Made by a program: the position numbers and the translations under genes. Positions 18,411 to 27,848 of a stretch of 64,000 nucleotides of DNA are shown one piece after another. How positions within the stretch are numbered: position 1 is the first letter of the stretch; the number at the start of each line of letters is the position of its first letter. Below the pieces are notes generated by a model, which was given only the letters and a program-made list of their open reading frames with translations, was not told where the DNA came from and ran no database searches. This DNA is from an uncultured Bacteroidales bacterium (GTDB lineage: Bacteria; Bacteroidota; Bacteroidia; Bacteroidales; B18-G4), in NCBI GenBank assembly GCA_964487735.1, contig CAZASJ010000007.1, positions 8,446 to 72,445 of the forward strand. The letters run 5' to 3'.

Positions 18411-21323
18411 ATGAAGAAGCAATTATTTCGTTTTCTGTTCATTCTACTGATATGCTCCACATTTTCAATCACAAATACTAAAGCACAAAAGATCAGCAAT
18501 GAGGAAATCAGCCTGCGTATTGCATCATACAAGGCCGATGTGCGTGGCCCGTACAAGGACATCCGGTGGTTTTGTCCTGATGGATCATTCAAATCGCCAC
18601 AGGAAAGGTGTACTGAGCCAGGAGGGGTGCAGCGTGCCAGGTATAAGGACGAAATTATCAGTCTTGCCAATTCCAATCATGTTTTTCTTGGGCAAATATT
18701 ATCAACCACACCTTATGCCGACTTCTGGGATGAAAGCAATAATTATTCAAGAATAAAGCAATTCCAGATCGAAAAATACCTGATCGGGGTGGATAAGGGC
18801 TGGATCCTCAGGAAGGCTCAGTATTACCGTGGTGCTTTCCAGGCTGAAGATGAGGAACTCTGGGGCCTTGGCTTTTTCAACTGGCTGCTTGCCGATGATG
18901 CGGCTATTCAAACACAGTTCTTTCTGATCCGACAGGCATGCAAAGACATTCCTCACAATAATGATGATAATACCAAACAAAAAATCCGCCTAAACTCTAA
19001 GCTTATTTCCGATTCCTATCCACCTTTTCTTGATATCAGGGTAAAGATACATGGCCAGCCGGATAAATCTGATATTCAAAAAACAAAGGATTTCAGGCGA
19101 AGCCATCAGGAAAAAATGGCTGCTCCCGACCTGAAAATGATGGATGATCTGATCACAGATCTTGAGAAGCAGTACAAAGCATTTGATATTCAATCATTGG
19201 ACCGTTTAATTATGAAGCTGCCCGGCGGATCAAGCCTGAGGGAAACACTTCTCCATTTTCAAAGCAACTTCAAATCTTCAAAGAATGGGTTTGAAAGGAT
19301 CCAATTATTATCGGAGATCCTTGAAAAACTCAGAGCATCCATATTATCTGTCAAAACTTCAAGTGCAAGACTGGCTGTTATGGACATTTCCATCATTCTG
19401 GAAGACCTTCTGTTCAGGGAAGCCGGAGAATATAAGCCGGCAACCATAAAAGAATCCCTGCTGTACATCAACCAACTCGGACGGGCATCTGCCGGATGCG
19501 GATATCTCGAAGTGTGGGAATGGAAACATTTACAGAAATTCCTTTACGACGGCTCATATGACAAGATGAAGCAAGCCGAATTTATGAAGCTGTTTGAATC
19601 ATGCAGAAATATTGTGGAATGGGGCAGCAGTATGTTTATGGCTGTATATGAGGATGATATAAAACTATACAGTGGCTTTGAGCCCAAAACAGAAGGCTTT
19701 CTTGACGATAAGATTCGATCTTCTATACTGCTTCAGGTGGGAATTCAGGTAAGCTCCCTTGGCGACATTATGGCCCGCTACCTCCCTGCCGGCAATAGAA
19801 TTCTGGATATTGCAGGGCAGACATCCGCACGAGGGCTTAATCCGGGCTTTGCCAAAGGTGAACTGGTAGTGGTTCAAGGGTCAATTGATGGCCTTGTTGT
19901 GGAGAAAGACAAGATCTATATATTCAATAAGCCTCCCTCCGACCTCAAGCCTGTTGCCGGCATTATGACCGTAAGCGAAGGCAATCCGGTATCGCATGTA
20001 CAATTGCTTGCCAGGAACCTTGGCATTCCAAATGCCGTGATCTCAATGCAAAACCTTGATGAGCTTAAAAAATATTCAGGGCAGCATGTGTTTTACGCTG
20101 TTTCGTCGAAGGGTGTGATCGTTATGAAAAGAGAAAAGGATATGAATGAGGAGGAGGCCAAACTCTTTACAAAGAAAGAAAGGAGTGAAAATAAGATCAG
20201 CGTTCCGGTAGAAAAGATACGTTTGGATAATATGCGTGTTTTAAACCTCCGCGAAGTAGATGCTTTTTCATCGGGTATAGTGTGCGGACCAAAAGCTGCC
20301 AATCTTGGTCAATTAAAAAAGTTGTTCCCCGACAATGTAGTTGAGGGGCTCGTCATACCATTTGGCATTTTCATGCAGCATATGCAAATAGCCATGCCCG
20401 GACAACAAATGACATACTGGGAATACCTACAGAATATATTTGAGCAATCACGGATGATGAGACTATCGGGCGTGCCGGAAGCGGAAATAGAATCTTTTGA
20501 ATTGGGAGAGCTTGGCATATTCAGGGAAGCCATTGGCCGGATCAGCCTTTCAAAAGAGCTGATTGCCGAGCTTAATCAATTGTTTGTAGCGGTTTTTGGG
20601 AAGAAAATGGGTGAGATCCCGGTTTTCCTGAGAAGCGATACAAATATGGAAGACCTGAAAGATTTTACCGGTGCAGGACTCAACCTTACCCTCTTTAATG
20701 TGGTTTCTGCTGATGCCATTTTAAAAGGCATTCGTGATGTATGGGCATCGCCATACACCGAAAGAAGCTATAAATGGCGGCAGCGATATCTTTTAAACCC
20801 CGAAAATGTATTCCCTTCCATACTAATCATCCCCTCAGTAAATGTGGATTATTCAGGAGTACTGATAACAAAAGGCATTTCCTCAGGCTTGATGGAAGAT
20901 GCCACTGCAGCTTTTAGCAGGGGAGCAGGGGGTGCTGTCGACGGACAAGCTGCAGAGACCTACCTGCTTAAAAAAGCAGGCAAGGATATTTTATTGTTAC
21001 CGGCAAGAGAACCAAGTTATATATCATTACCTGCTTCAGGCGGCGTAAAAAAAGAATTTACTTCATTTGAGAGGGGAGTATTGAATGATCAGAACATTGC
21101 TTCGCTAAGAGAGATTGGGAGGGAAATACGAAACCGCTTGCCCGGCTTTGGCAGCAAGGGCCCTTTTGATATAGAGCTTGGATTTAAGGACAACAAACTC
21201 TGGCTCTTCCAGGTCAGGCCCTTCGTTGAAAATAAGAATGCCATTGGGCAGATTTACCTGGAATCATTGAATCCGATACTTAATGATAAAATGATTATTG
21301 AATTAATACACACCATACAATGA
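18411..21323 (+). CDS. Exported His-swivel / PPDK_N ATP-grasp 'dikinase-like' phosphotransferase with unassigned ~440-aa N-terminal domain
   Basis: Signal peptide MKKQLFRFLFILLICSTFSITNTKAQ. PEP-utilizer mobile-domain motif KPVAGIMTVSEGNPVSHVQLLARNLGIPNAV (His codon at 19995..19997). The C-terminal PPDK_N-type blocks are GPKAANLGQLKKLFP, PVFLRSDTNMEDL, VWASPYTERSYKWR and LWLFQVRPF. No TIM-barrel PEP/pyruvate domain is present. Confidence 0.8.
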   Translation: MKKQLFRFLFILLICSTFSITNTKAQKISNEEISLRIASYKADVRGPYKDIRWFCPDGSFKSPQERCTEPGGVQRARYKDEIISLANSNHVFLGQILSTTPYADFWDESNNYSRIKQFQIEKYLIGVDKGWILRKAQYYRGAFQAEDEELWGLGFFNWLLADDAAIQTQFFLIRQACKDIPHNNDDNTKQKIRLNSKLISDSYPPFLDIRVKIHGQPDKSDIQKTKDFRRSHQEKMAAPDLKMMDDLITDLEKQYKAFDIQSLDRLIMKLPGGSSLRETLLHFQSNFKSSKNGFERIQLLSEILEKLRASILSVKTSSARLAVMDISIILEDLLFREAGEYKPATIKESLLYINQLGRASAGCGYLEVWEWKHLQKFLYDGSYDKMKQAEFMKLFESCRNIVEWGSSMFMAVYEDDIKLYSGFEPKTEGFLDDKIRSSILLQVGIQVSSLGDIMARYLPAGNRILDIAGQTSARGLNPGFAKGELVVVQGSIDGLVVEKDKIYIFNKPPSDLKPVAGIMTVSEGNPVSHVQLLARNLGIPNAVISMQNLDELKKYSGQHVFYAVSSKGVIVMKREKDMNEEEAKLFTKKERSENKISVPVEKIRLDNMRVLNLREVDAFSSGIVCGPKAANLGQLKKLFPDNVVEGLVIPFGIFMQHMQIAMPGQQMTYWEYLQNIFEQSRMMRLSGVPEAEIESFELGELGIFREAIGRISLSKELIAELNQLFVAVFGKKMGEIPVFLRSDTNMEDLKDFTGAGLNLTLFNVVSADAILKGIRDVWASPYTERSYKWRQRYLLNPENVFPSILIIPSVNVDYSGVLITKGISSGLMEDATAAFSRGAGGAVDGQAAETYLLKKAGKDILLLPAREPSYISLPASGGVKKEFTSFERGVLNDQNIASLREIGREIRNRLPGFGSKGPFDIELGFKDNKLWLFQVRPFVENKNAIGQIYLESLNPILNDKMIIELIHTIQ

Positions 21324-22582
21324 TAAAAAGAAGCCTGCGCATATTGATCTTATACATTGCTTTTCCTCTTTACGCGATGACATATCCCATTGATGGTTAT
21401 CAAACAACAGGAATCAAGCGATTGCTTTACCTGCAGCTTGTTGAGGCAGGCGAAATAACAGGAACCCTGCCCAAGGAGGGTGCCCGGCTGGGCCTCAGCG
21501 AAATCAGACTGAACCTGACAGGCCCAAAAGGCGACAGCCTGACTGAAATGCCTGATATTGACAAGAAATTGCAAGCATCCGTAGATGCTTTATTTCCCAA
21601 CATTCATGAAAGTTATTCGCTTTCCATTCTTGATATTACTCCCGGCCGGCCAATCAGATATGCAAAACGCAAAGACAAACAAGGTTTTCAACCCGGCAGT
21701 ATCGCTAAGCTGATTGTGGTGGCCGGCCTCTTCAATGAATTAAAAAACCTTTATCCCGATTCATTTGAAGAGAGACAGCAGCTCCTGAGAGATAAGAAAG
21801 TTGTTGGCGGAAAATGGGTCATCACTGATGAACACACAGTTCCGATATTTGATATTGAGACCAAAACCCTGAAATCAAGGGTTGTCAGGGAAGATGACGT
21901 CTTCAGTTTGTATGAATGGGTTGATTATATGCTATCGGCCAGCAACAACAGTGCTGCCAGTGTAGTGTGGCGGGAAACGATCCTTATTCATGTGTTTGGG
22001 AAAGCATATCCTTATCTTACTGCGGAGCAGACAAATGAATATTTTTCTGGCGTTTCACAAGCACAAATGATGCAATTGGCAGTAGATCTTGTCAATGCAC
22101 CCATCAGGGATGTAGGCATAACAGAAGATGAAGCGCGTTTGGGAAGCTTCTTCACACGGGAAGCCAAGAGGATTATTCCGGGCAAGGGCGGAAGCATCGG
22201 CACTCCTGCCGGATTTATGAAATATCTCGTGGCCATGGAAAGAGGCCTCCTTGTTGATGAACAATCAAGCCTTGAGATCAAGCGTTTGATGTACATGACT
22301 GCCCGACGCATCAGGTACGCCTCATCTGAAGCGCTCAATACTGCAGCAGTATACTTTAAGTCAGGAAGCCTTTATCAATGCGTTGCGGAAGAAGGGTACA
22401 GCTGTGCTAAATATATGGGTAACAAAAGCAATTTCATGAATTCCGTGATCATTGTTGAACACAAAGACGGAACCAAATACATGGTCGTATTGATGTCGAA
22501 CGTACTTAAAAAAAATTCAGCGGCTGATCACAATGGCCTGGCAACACAGATCGACAGAACAATAAGAAAACCCTGGAAATAA
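21320..22582 (+). CDS. Exported class-A-fold (SxxK) serine hydrolase, beta-lactamase/DD-peptidase-like
   Basis: ATGA start/stop overlap with the upstream gene and a hydrophobic N-terminus LRILILYIAFPLYA. Motifs are SxxK in PGSIAKL (Ser codon at 21698..21700), SxN in SASNNS and KSG in FKSGSL. Confidence 0.7.
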   Translation: MIKRSLRILILYIAFPLYAMTYPIDGYQTTGIKRLLYLQLVEAGEITGTLPKEGARLGLSEIRLNLTGPKGDSLTEMPDIDKKLQASVDALFPNIHESYSLSILDITPGRPIRYAKRKDKQGFQPGSIAKLIVVAGLFNELKNLYPDSFEERQQLLRDKKVVGGKWVITDEHTVPIFDIETKTLKSRVVREDDVFSLYEWVDYMLSASNNSAASVVWRETILIHVFGKAYPYLTAEQTNEYFSGVSQAQMMQLAVDLVNAPIRDVGITEDEARLGSFFTREAKRIIPGKGGSIGTPAGFMKYLVAMERGLLVDEQSSLEIKRLMYMTARRIRYASSEALNTAAVYFKSGSLYQCVAEEGYSCAKYMGNKSNFMNSVIIVEHKDGTKYMVVLMSNVLKKNSAADHNGLATQIDRTIRKPWK

Positions 22583-22585
22583 GTA

Positions 22586-25441
22586 TCAGGAAATTTCTTT
22601 TCTGTTTTGGAGCACTTCTATAGTCCTGTTGGCAGAGAGCGCAATTTTGCTGTTCGGGTGATTCACATACTTGCCCACGACTGGAAGAAATTTTTTATCG
22701 TTCAATACTGATATAAGATTCAGGACTGCAAGCTTAACCGTAACATCCCTTCCTTCAAGCAGTGTACTGAAACACTCAGCCTGACCGATATCTTTGATCT
22801 TTAATTCATTTATTCCGTCCTTAGTAACTGATTCCTCCACAGATGTTTCAATAATGGGAATAAGGATCCTTTTCAGGTTGATCTCAAGTAGGTTATCAAG
22901 AAACTCAATGGCGCTGATCCTCAACTCTGATTTTTCACTTTTAAGGCCCTGATATGCGATATCAATTTCGTCCTGGGGATATTTAAGTCCCAGAAATTTA
23001 AAAATTCGGTCCAGGTTATCATCAAGCCTTCCTTCTAAAAGCTTGATCAGTCCAAGCCTTGTTTCAAAAACAATGTTCTCATCTGTTTTTCCTGAACGTG
23101 GCTTTACAATCCTATTTTGTTGCACATAAAGTGCTGTAAGGATATTCTGAAATAATTTTGCCTCATCAAAGATATTGTTAATGATTTGTTTTTTATTGAA
23201 AACCAGGTAAGGGCTTTGTCCTTTTATCACCGTCAGGCTGCGCACTGCTTCGCTTCTTACTATGATATCATCAAAATCGAGCAATTCAAACATAAAATCT
23301 ACACCAGCCTGGGTACCTATCCTTTCAACTACGGATGGGATGGCCCTGACGAAATCAGTGTTTGCCTTGTTTAGAATAACTTCTTCTTTCAGGAGGGTAA
23401 TGATTTTAAATCCATAATTTGCAAGGGCAGCCGACGCATCTGCACTAAATTCTTTACGCAATAGAAACTGATAAAGTACTGGTATAAATAATTCATCAAG
23501 GCTTATTCCGGCAGATTGGATGCCAGCCCTGATCAACTCCGCACTCTGCCCATTCAGGGCTTCCAGTATAAAAGGATAATATTCATCAAGGTGTGCACTG
23601 CCAATGGCTTTAAGAACATTTTTCTTTTTAAACAATCCTTCTTCCGTGTTTCCGCTCGTTTTCATCTCCGCAATTGATGCGCCAATGATAGCAGAAAGCT
23701 TAAATATCTGTTTCAGTTCGGGATTATCCCTGGTTTCATTTGCAATGGCAAGCAATGTTGCATACTTAATATGATAATCTCGATCAAGAAGAAATCGATT
23801 GATCACACTTTTTCTCTCATATGCAGAGTGTTCTATAATGTATTCTATTGCAGAAATCCGAACAGCCAAAGATTTATGGTGTGTAAAAGGGAGTATCTCA
23901 TCCGAAAGGTTCCGGGATCGATAAAAATAAAGCCTGCTTATTGCTTCCTTTATGACCTCCTCTGATGGGTGATGAAGCAACTTTTTGATTGGAATAAATA
24001 GCATTTCATGTTGAAAATCATCTGTATTCCGGAGTGCCAATAAAATTTGATTTTTAGTGCCATTTTCAAGGACCTTTGCCAAACCACCATAAACGGATTC
24101 TTTGTTCAGGTCGGGCATATTCTTCGATTCTTTCGATTGTTCTTTGTTCAGGTTCAGTTTCAATTTGAACAATTTGACGTATTCAAGGCGTACCCTGGAG
24201 GCATAAAAAAACCAGAGCAGGGTAAGCAAAATAATAACAAGGCTAATCACCTCCACCGGCAACTTAAAGGCAATAACCAGGGTGATCAGGATCAGCCCGC
24301 TCATCCCTGTAGCAAAGCTATCGACAAAAACATCAATAAAAGTCTTTGCCTGGTTCTTTGTTTCAATGGGAATAGGCAGGGCCAGTAATTCGATGGCAGA
24401 TTTATTAACTGACTGCTTCAGGCTTCCATCAGCGGACTTTATCAGGATAGCCGACCACAGGGCCGGAAAGAACATTACAGATAAGGCACCTATAAATATT
24501 CCGGCGGGAAGAAAGAACAATGACATGCCCACCCCAAAGGTTCCGACCACCCTTCGCGTAAGAAATAACTGGATGAGCAAGGAAATGATATTGATGTTTG
24601 AGAACCAAAACCCAAAGAAAGCGGTCAGTTCATCCTCATCGGTTATAAGCAGGGATGAGATGGCCGAAAACTGATAGTCGACCAGTCTTGCAACGAACAC
24701 ACCGATTGCTGTAATCAGGGCCAGGTAAGTCAGGTGTTTGGACTTCACAATAAGCCGGAGGGGGTGTTCTGATACCCTGCCCATCCTCTTCCTCCTTTTA
24801 TAGAGAGAAGTTGCAGTACTTTTATTGCTGTTCCATATCATCCTGATCAGAAAAATACAGACCACCAGAAAAAAAGCACCAATAAACAAAAGGTTTTCAC
24901 TCCCGATATACGGAGCAAGGATGGAGGTAAGATACCCTCCAAAGATGCCCCCGGCAATAGCAGCTCCCCCGATGAGGTTAAACAAGCGTTTCGCTTCGCG
25001 TGTGTTGAAAATAATGTTTGCCAGGATCCAGAACTGCGAGGTAGCCAAAACAGCAAATATCGCAACCCAAACATAAAAAACGTATAAGATCCATACATCT
25101 ATGATATTCATCTTTAGCAAAACCGTGAAAAGAAGGATGCATATCACAGAGATTAGCAAGGTATAGTGGATAATCCGGTTAAGAGGGATCTTATTGAGCA
25201 GCCTCGAATAAAATGTTGTAAGGATTCCTGCAAAAACAGCAACCAGAATAAATGCTATCGGAAGGTTTTCAATACCGGCATTTATAAGAAATAAGGAATT
25301 GATACTAGGCTTAATGATGAGAAGGGTTGATATAAGCAAAAAGATGGAAAGTTGCATCAGGAAGGTCCTTCTCAGTTCACCTTCCCGAATATCAAACGTC
25401 CTGTAAAAAAAATCTTTCGCCTTATCAACAGAGATCATCAA
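22586..25441 (-). CDS. TLC/Npt-family nucleotide-carrier-like membrane domain fused to a C-terminal HEAT-repeat domain
   Basis: About 11-12 hydrophobic segments in the first ~430 aa, with the TLC-type signature SQFWILANIIFNTREAKRLFNLIGGAAIAGGIFGG. The C-terminal ~500 aa have HEAT-like units (SLAVRISAIEYII, DIIVRSEAVRSLTVI, SELRISAIEFLDNLL, DVTVKLAVLNLISVL, NSKIALSANRTIEVL). Confidence 0.75.
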   Translation of the reverse strand: MMISVDKAKDFFYRTFDIREGELRRTFLMQLSIFLLISTLLIIKPSINSLFLINAGIENLPIAFILVAVFAGILTTFYSRLLNKIPLNRIIHYTLLISVICILLFTVLLKMNIIDVWILYVFYVWVAIFAVLATSQFWILANIIFNTREAKRLFNLIGGAAIAGGIFGGYLTSILAPYIGSENLLFIGAFFLVVCIFLIRMIWNSNKSTATSLYKRRKRMGRVSEHPLRLIVKSKHLTYLALITAIGVFVARLVDYQFSAISSLLITDEDELTAFFGFWFSNINIISLLIQLFLTRRVVGTFGVGMSLFFLPAGIFIGALSVMFFPALWSAILIKSADGSLKQSVNKSAIELLALPIPIETKNQAKTFIDVFVDSFATGMSGLILITLVIAFKLPVEVISLVIILLTLLWFFYASRVRLEYVKLFKLKLNLNKEQSKESKNMPDLNKESVYGGLAKVLENGTKNQILLALRNTDDFQHEMLFIPIKKLLHHPSEEVIKEAISRLYFYRSRNLSDEILPFTHHKSLAVRISAIEYIIEHSAYERKSVINRFLLDRDYHIKYATLLAIANETRDNPELKQIFKLSAIIGASIAEMKTSGNTEEGLFKKKNVLKAIGSAHLDEYYPFILEALNGQSAELIRAGIQSAGISLDELFIPVLYQFLLRKEFSADASAALANYGFKIITLLKEEVILNKANTDFVRAIPSVVERIGTQAGVDFMFELLDFDDIIVRSEAVRSLTVIKGQSPYLVFNKKQIINNIFDEAKLFQNILTALYVQQNRIVKPRSGKTDENIVFETRLGLIKLLEGRLDDNLDRIFKFLGLKYPQDEIDIAYQGLKSEKSELRISAIEFLDNLLEINLKRILIPIIETSVEESVTKDGINELKIKDIGQAECFSTLLEGRDVTVKLAVLNLISVLNDKKFLPVVGKYVNHPNSKIALSANRTIEVLQNRKEIS

Positions 25442-25468
25442 AGCAAATTTTTTATTTAATTGCGATTG

Positions 25469-26401
25469 TTACAAATCCGAACTCATCATCTTGTCAACAA
25501 TCGTAGCCAGTTCACGGAGGATATTCTCTCCATCGGCATCATCGAGCAAAGCTACAAGAATATATTTTCTGTGCGGCCCCCATACCAGTATGGAGTCTGA
25601 ATGAAATGTTTTCCACGAACCTGATTTCCTGAAAAGACGTGCTTGTGGTGCCGCTTTACTGAGTACACTCACAAATTTGTGATTGATTCCGGGGTTGTCC
25701 ATATATTGCATCATCTGTTTTGATCGCTCATAGTTGACCAACTTACCATAGGTCATAAGGTAATAGTATCTGCAGATTTGCGTTACCGTTCCCCCATGGC
25801 TTAATCCTTTCAAAGGATCCGGATGCCTCTCGCCGGTCTTGGCATATCTTTTCCCAACCCATAAACCACCACCATAATCTTCATCGTAAAGTTCATAGGC
25901 CGGATCCTCTAAAACGCTTTCTATTTTATCAAAACCAATAAGATCAATGAGTGCGGTAGCTGATGTATTGCTTGATACACTGATCATTTTACGCATGTTT
26001 TCCTGCAATTCAGGTGTTTCTTCTATTTCCCCCTTTTCGAGGGCATCCATTACAGCCAATAAAATGGCAATCTTTGGCAAACTGGCTGCATACATCATTA
26101 CATTTCCGTTCACACGGGCATATTTGACATCAAAAGGATCCGAAAGATCAACAATACCCACGGCCATTCTCTTCTGACTGATAAGCCTTTTCCACTTTGG
26201 TTTCAAATAAACATTTGCTTCCAGTTTTTTTTGGAAATCTTCATCAATAAGATTTCGTAGAGACATGAGCGAATCCTTCCCAAGATTAATGGGCAATTCA
26301 GGCACCTTTTCTCCGGCAATACTATCTTGCCCCTCCTGGGCATATTGTTGACAAGAAAACTGAAACATGATCAACAAAATCATCCAAATTCTTTTTTTCA
26401 T
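25469..26401 (-). CDS. Exported class-A-fold (SxxK) serine hydrolase, paralog-type of 21320..22582
   Basis: Signal/lipoprotein-like MKKRIWMILLIMFQFSC. Motifs are SxxK in AASLPKI, SxN in SVSSNTS and KSG in RKSGSW. Confidence 0.7.
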   Translation of the reverse strand: MKKRIWMILLIMFQFSCQQYAQEGQDSIAGEKVPELPINLGKDSLMSLRNLIDEDFQKKLEANVYLKPKWKRLISQKRMAVGIVDLSDPFDVKYARVNGNVMMYAASLPKIAILLAVMDALEKGEIEETPELQENMRKMISVSSNTSATALIDLIGFDKIESVLEDPAYELYDEDYGGGLWVGKRYAKTGERHPDPLKGLSHGGTVTQICRYYYLMTYGKLVNYERSKQMMQYMDNPGINHKFVSVLSKAAPQARLFRKSGSWKTFHSDSILVWGPHRKYILVALLDDADGENILRELATIVDKMMSSDL

Positions 26402-26770
26402 TGGTATTTCATTAATATTAGTACGTTATATCATACATCAAGACGAGCTAAACGTAAATTGTTACACCAACAATATACTTTAGTAAAATAAATTTTTGAA
26501 ATGATAAGTCGGCCCAATCCTTTTAACTCAAACGTGTCAGGCCTGATCATAACACACCTTTTTCAGGGGCATTAAGTTTGCGGGGGTATGATCAGGTATT
26601 CTCAAAATTAATAAATTAATTCACACCAATATTTTTAAACCTATACACCCCTCATCTTTACGTTAAGATTCAGGATTTAACTTCTAACAAAAGCGAAGCT
26701 TCTGCCCAGTCTGTCTTCAATTAGAAAAACCCAAAAACAGGCTGATGAGATTTTCACTACCTTTACAAAA

Positions 26771-27616
26771 ATGCTGCTTAATATTCATACTAAATATAAA
26801 AAAGAAACAATGAAAGCAATTACATCAAGACTGTTATTTATCTTAATTTTATTGATAGCTATTCCATTCAGCGGAATGGCCCAAAAAAGGCTTAATAAGA
26901 TTATCACTACCGGAGAGATCAAGGTAGGGATGTCCGGAGTACAACCGCCCTTTTCTATGCACAGTAACTCCGACAGCCTGATGGGTTATGAGGTTGATCT
27001 GGCTCAAATGATCGCAGAGTCCATGGGGGTAAAGCTGACAATTGTGGAAATCCCATTTGCAGACCTGCTGAAAGCGCTTGAAGATGGCAAAGTCGATGTC
27101 GTAATGTCCGGGATCACCATCACCCCAAAACGAAACCTGAAATCGATGTTTGTAGGGCCCTACATCGTTTCCGGGAAATCCATTTTGACAAGGTCAGAAA
27201 AACTGGCAGGCATTAACGAGCTCGGAGAACTTAATAATCCAAATGTAATACTGGCTGCTCTGGCAGGTTCGACCAGTGAAGAATTTGTTAGAAAAAACAT
27301 TCCATTAGCACAATTGAAGGTAACAAAGACCCATGATGAAGCAGTGAAAATGGTGATAAATAAACAAATCGATGCTTTATTCGCCGATTATCCTGTTTGT
27401 GTTTATGCCATGTTCCGCTACCCACTCATTGACCTTTCAATATTGGATCAGCCCCTGACCATAGAACCCATAGGCATTGCTTTGCCCGCTGATGGTTTTT
27501 TATTGCATAATCTCCTGCAAAACTATTTAAACTCCCTCCAGATCATTGGTGTCCTTGATGCCCTTGAATATAAATGGTTTGAATCTGGTGAATGGCTTGA
27601 CAAAGTGAAGATGTAA
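26771..27616 (+). CDS. Periplasmic solute-binding protein, family 3 (amino-acid/polar solute type)
   Basis: The likely start is MKAITSRLLFILILLIAIPFSGMAQ at 26810. SBP_bac_3-type blocks are GEIKVGMSGVQPPFS, GYEVDLAQMIAESMGVKL and VDVVMSGITITPKR. Confidence 0.8.
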   Translation: MLLNIHTKYKKETMKAITSRLLFILILLIAIPFSGMAQKRLNKIITTGEIKVGMSGVQPPFSMHSNSDSLMGYEVDLAQMIAESMGVKLTIVEIPFADLLKALEDGKVDVVMSGITITPKRNLKSMFVGPYIVSGKSILTRSEKLAGINELGELNNPNVILAALAGSTSEEFVRKNIPLAQLKVTKTHDEAVKMVINKQIDALFADYPVCVYAMFRYPLIDLSILDQPLTIEPIGIALPADGFLLHNLLQNYLNSLQIIGVLDALEYKWFESGEWLDKVKM

Positions 27617-27848
27617 AACTCAGGGGCACCATCGTGCACATTGGTTATACTACTATCAGGTGTTAAACAATCTTTGTTTTTCTCCAGTGATCGTTTACAT
27701 CATATGGTCTTCATTGTTTCTCCTGCTAACAATGTTTTGGGCTATGCATCCTGATACTCATAAGCATAAAATGTCACCGAAAAACACACGGAAATACCCT
27801 TATTAATTTTATACCTTTGGTAGATTCTATTATAAAGTAAAATAAATA

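Noticed and set aside
26402-26809. 400 nt gap upstream of the solute-binding protein gene with a 10 bp inverted repeat (CCTGATCATA 26542..26551 / TATGATCAGG 26588..26597), considered as a riboswitch or sRNA
   Set aside because: Only one modest stem is visible, and I recognise no riboswitch core sequences. The evidence is insufficient without covariation or expression data.
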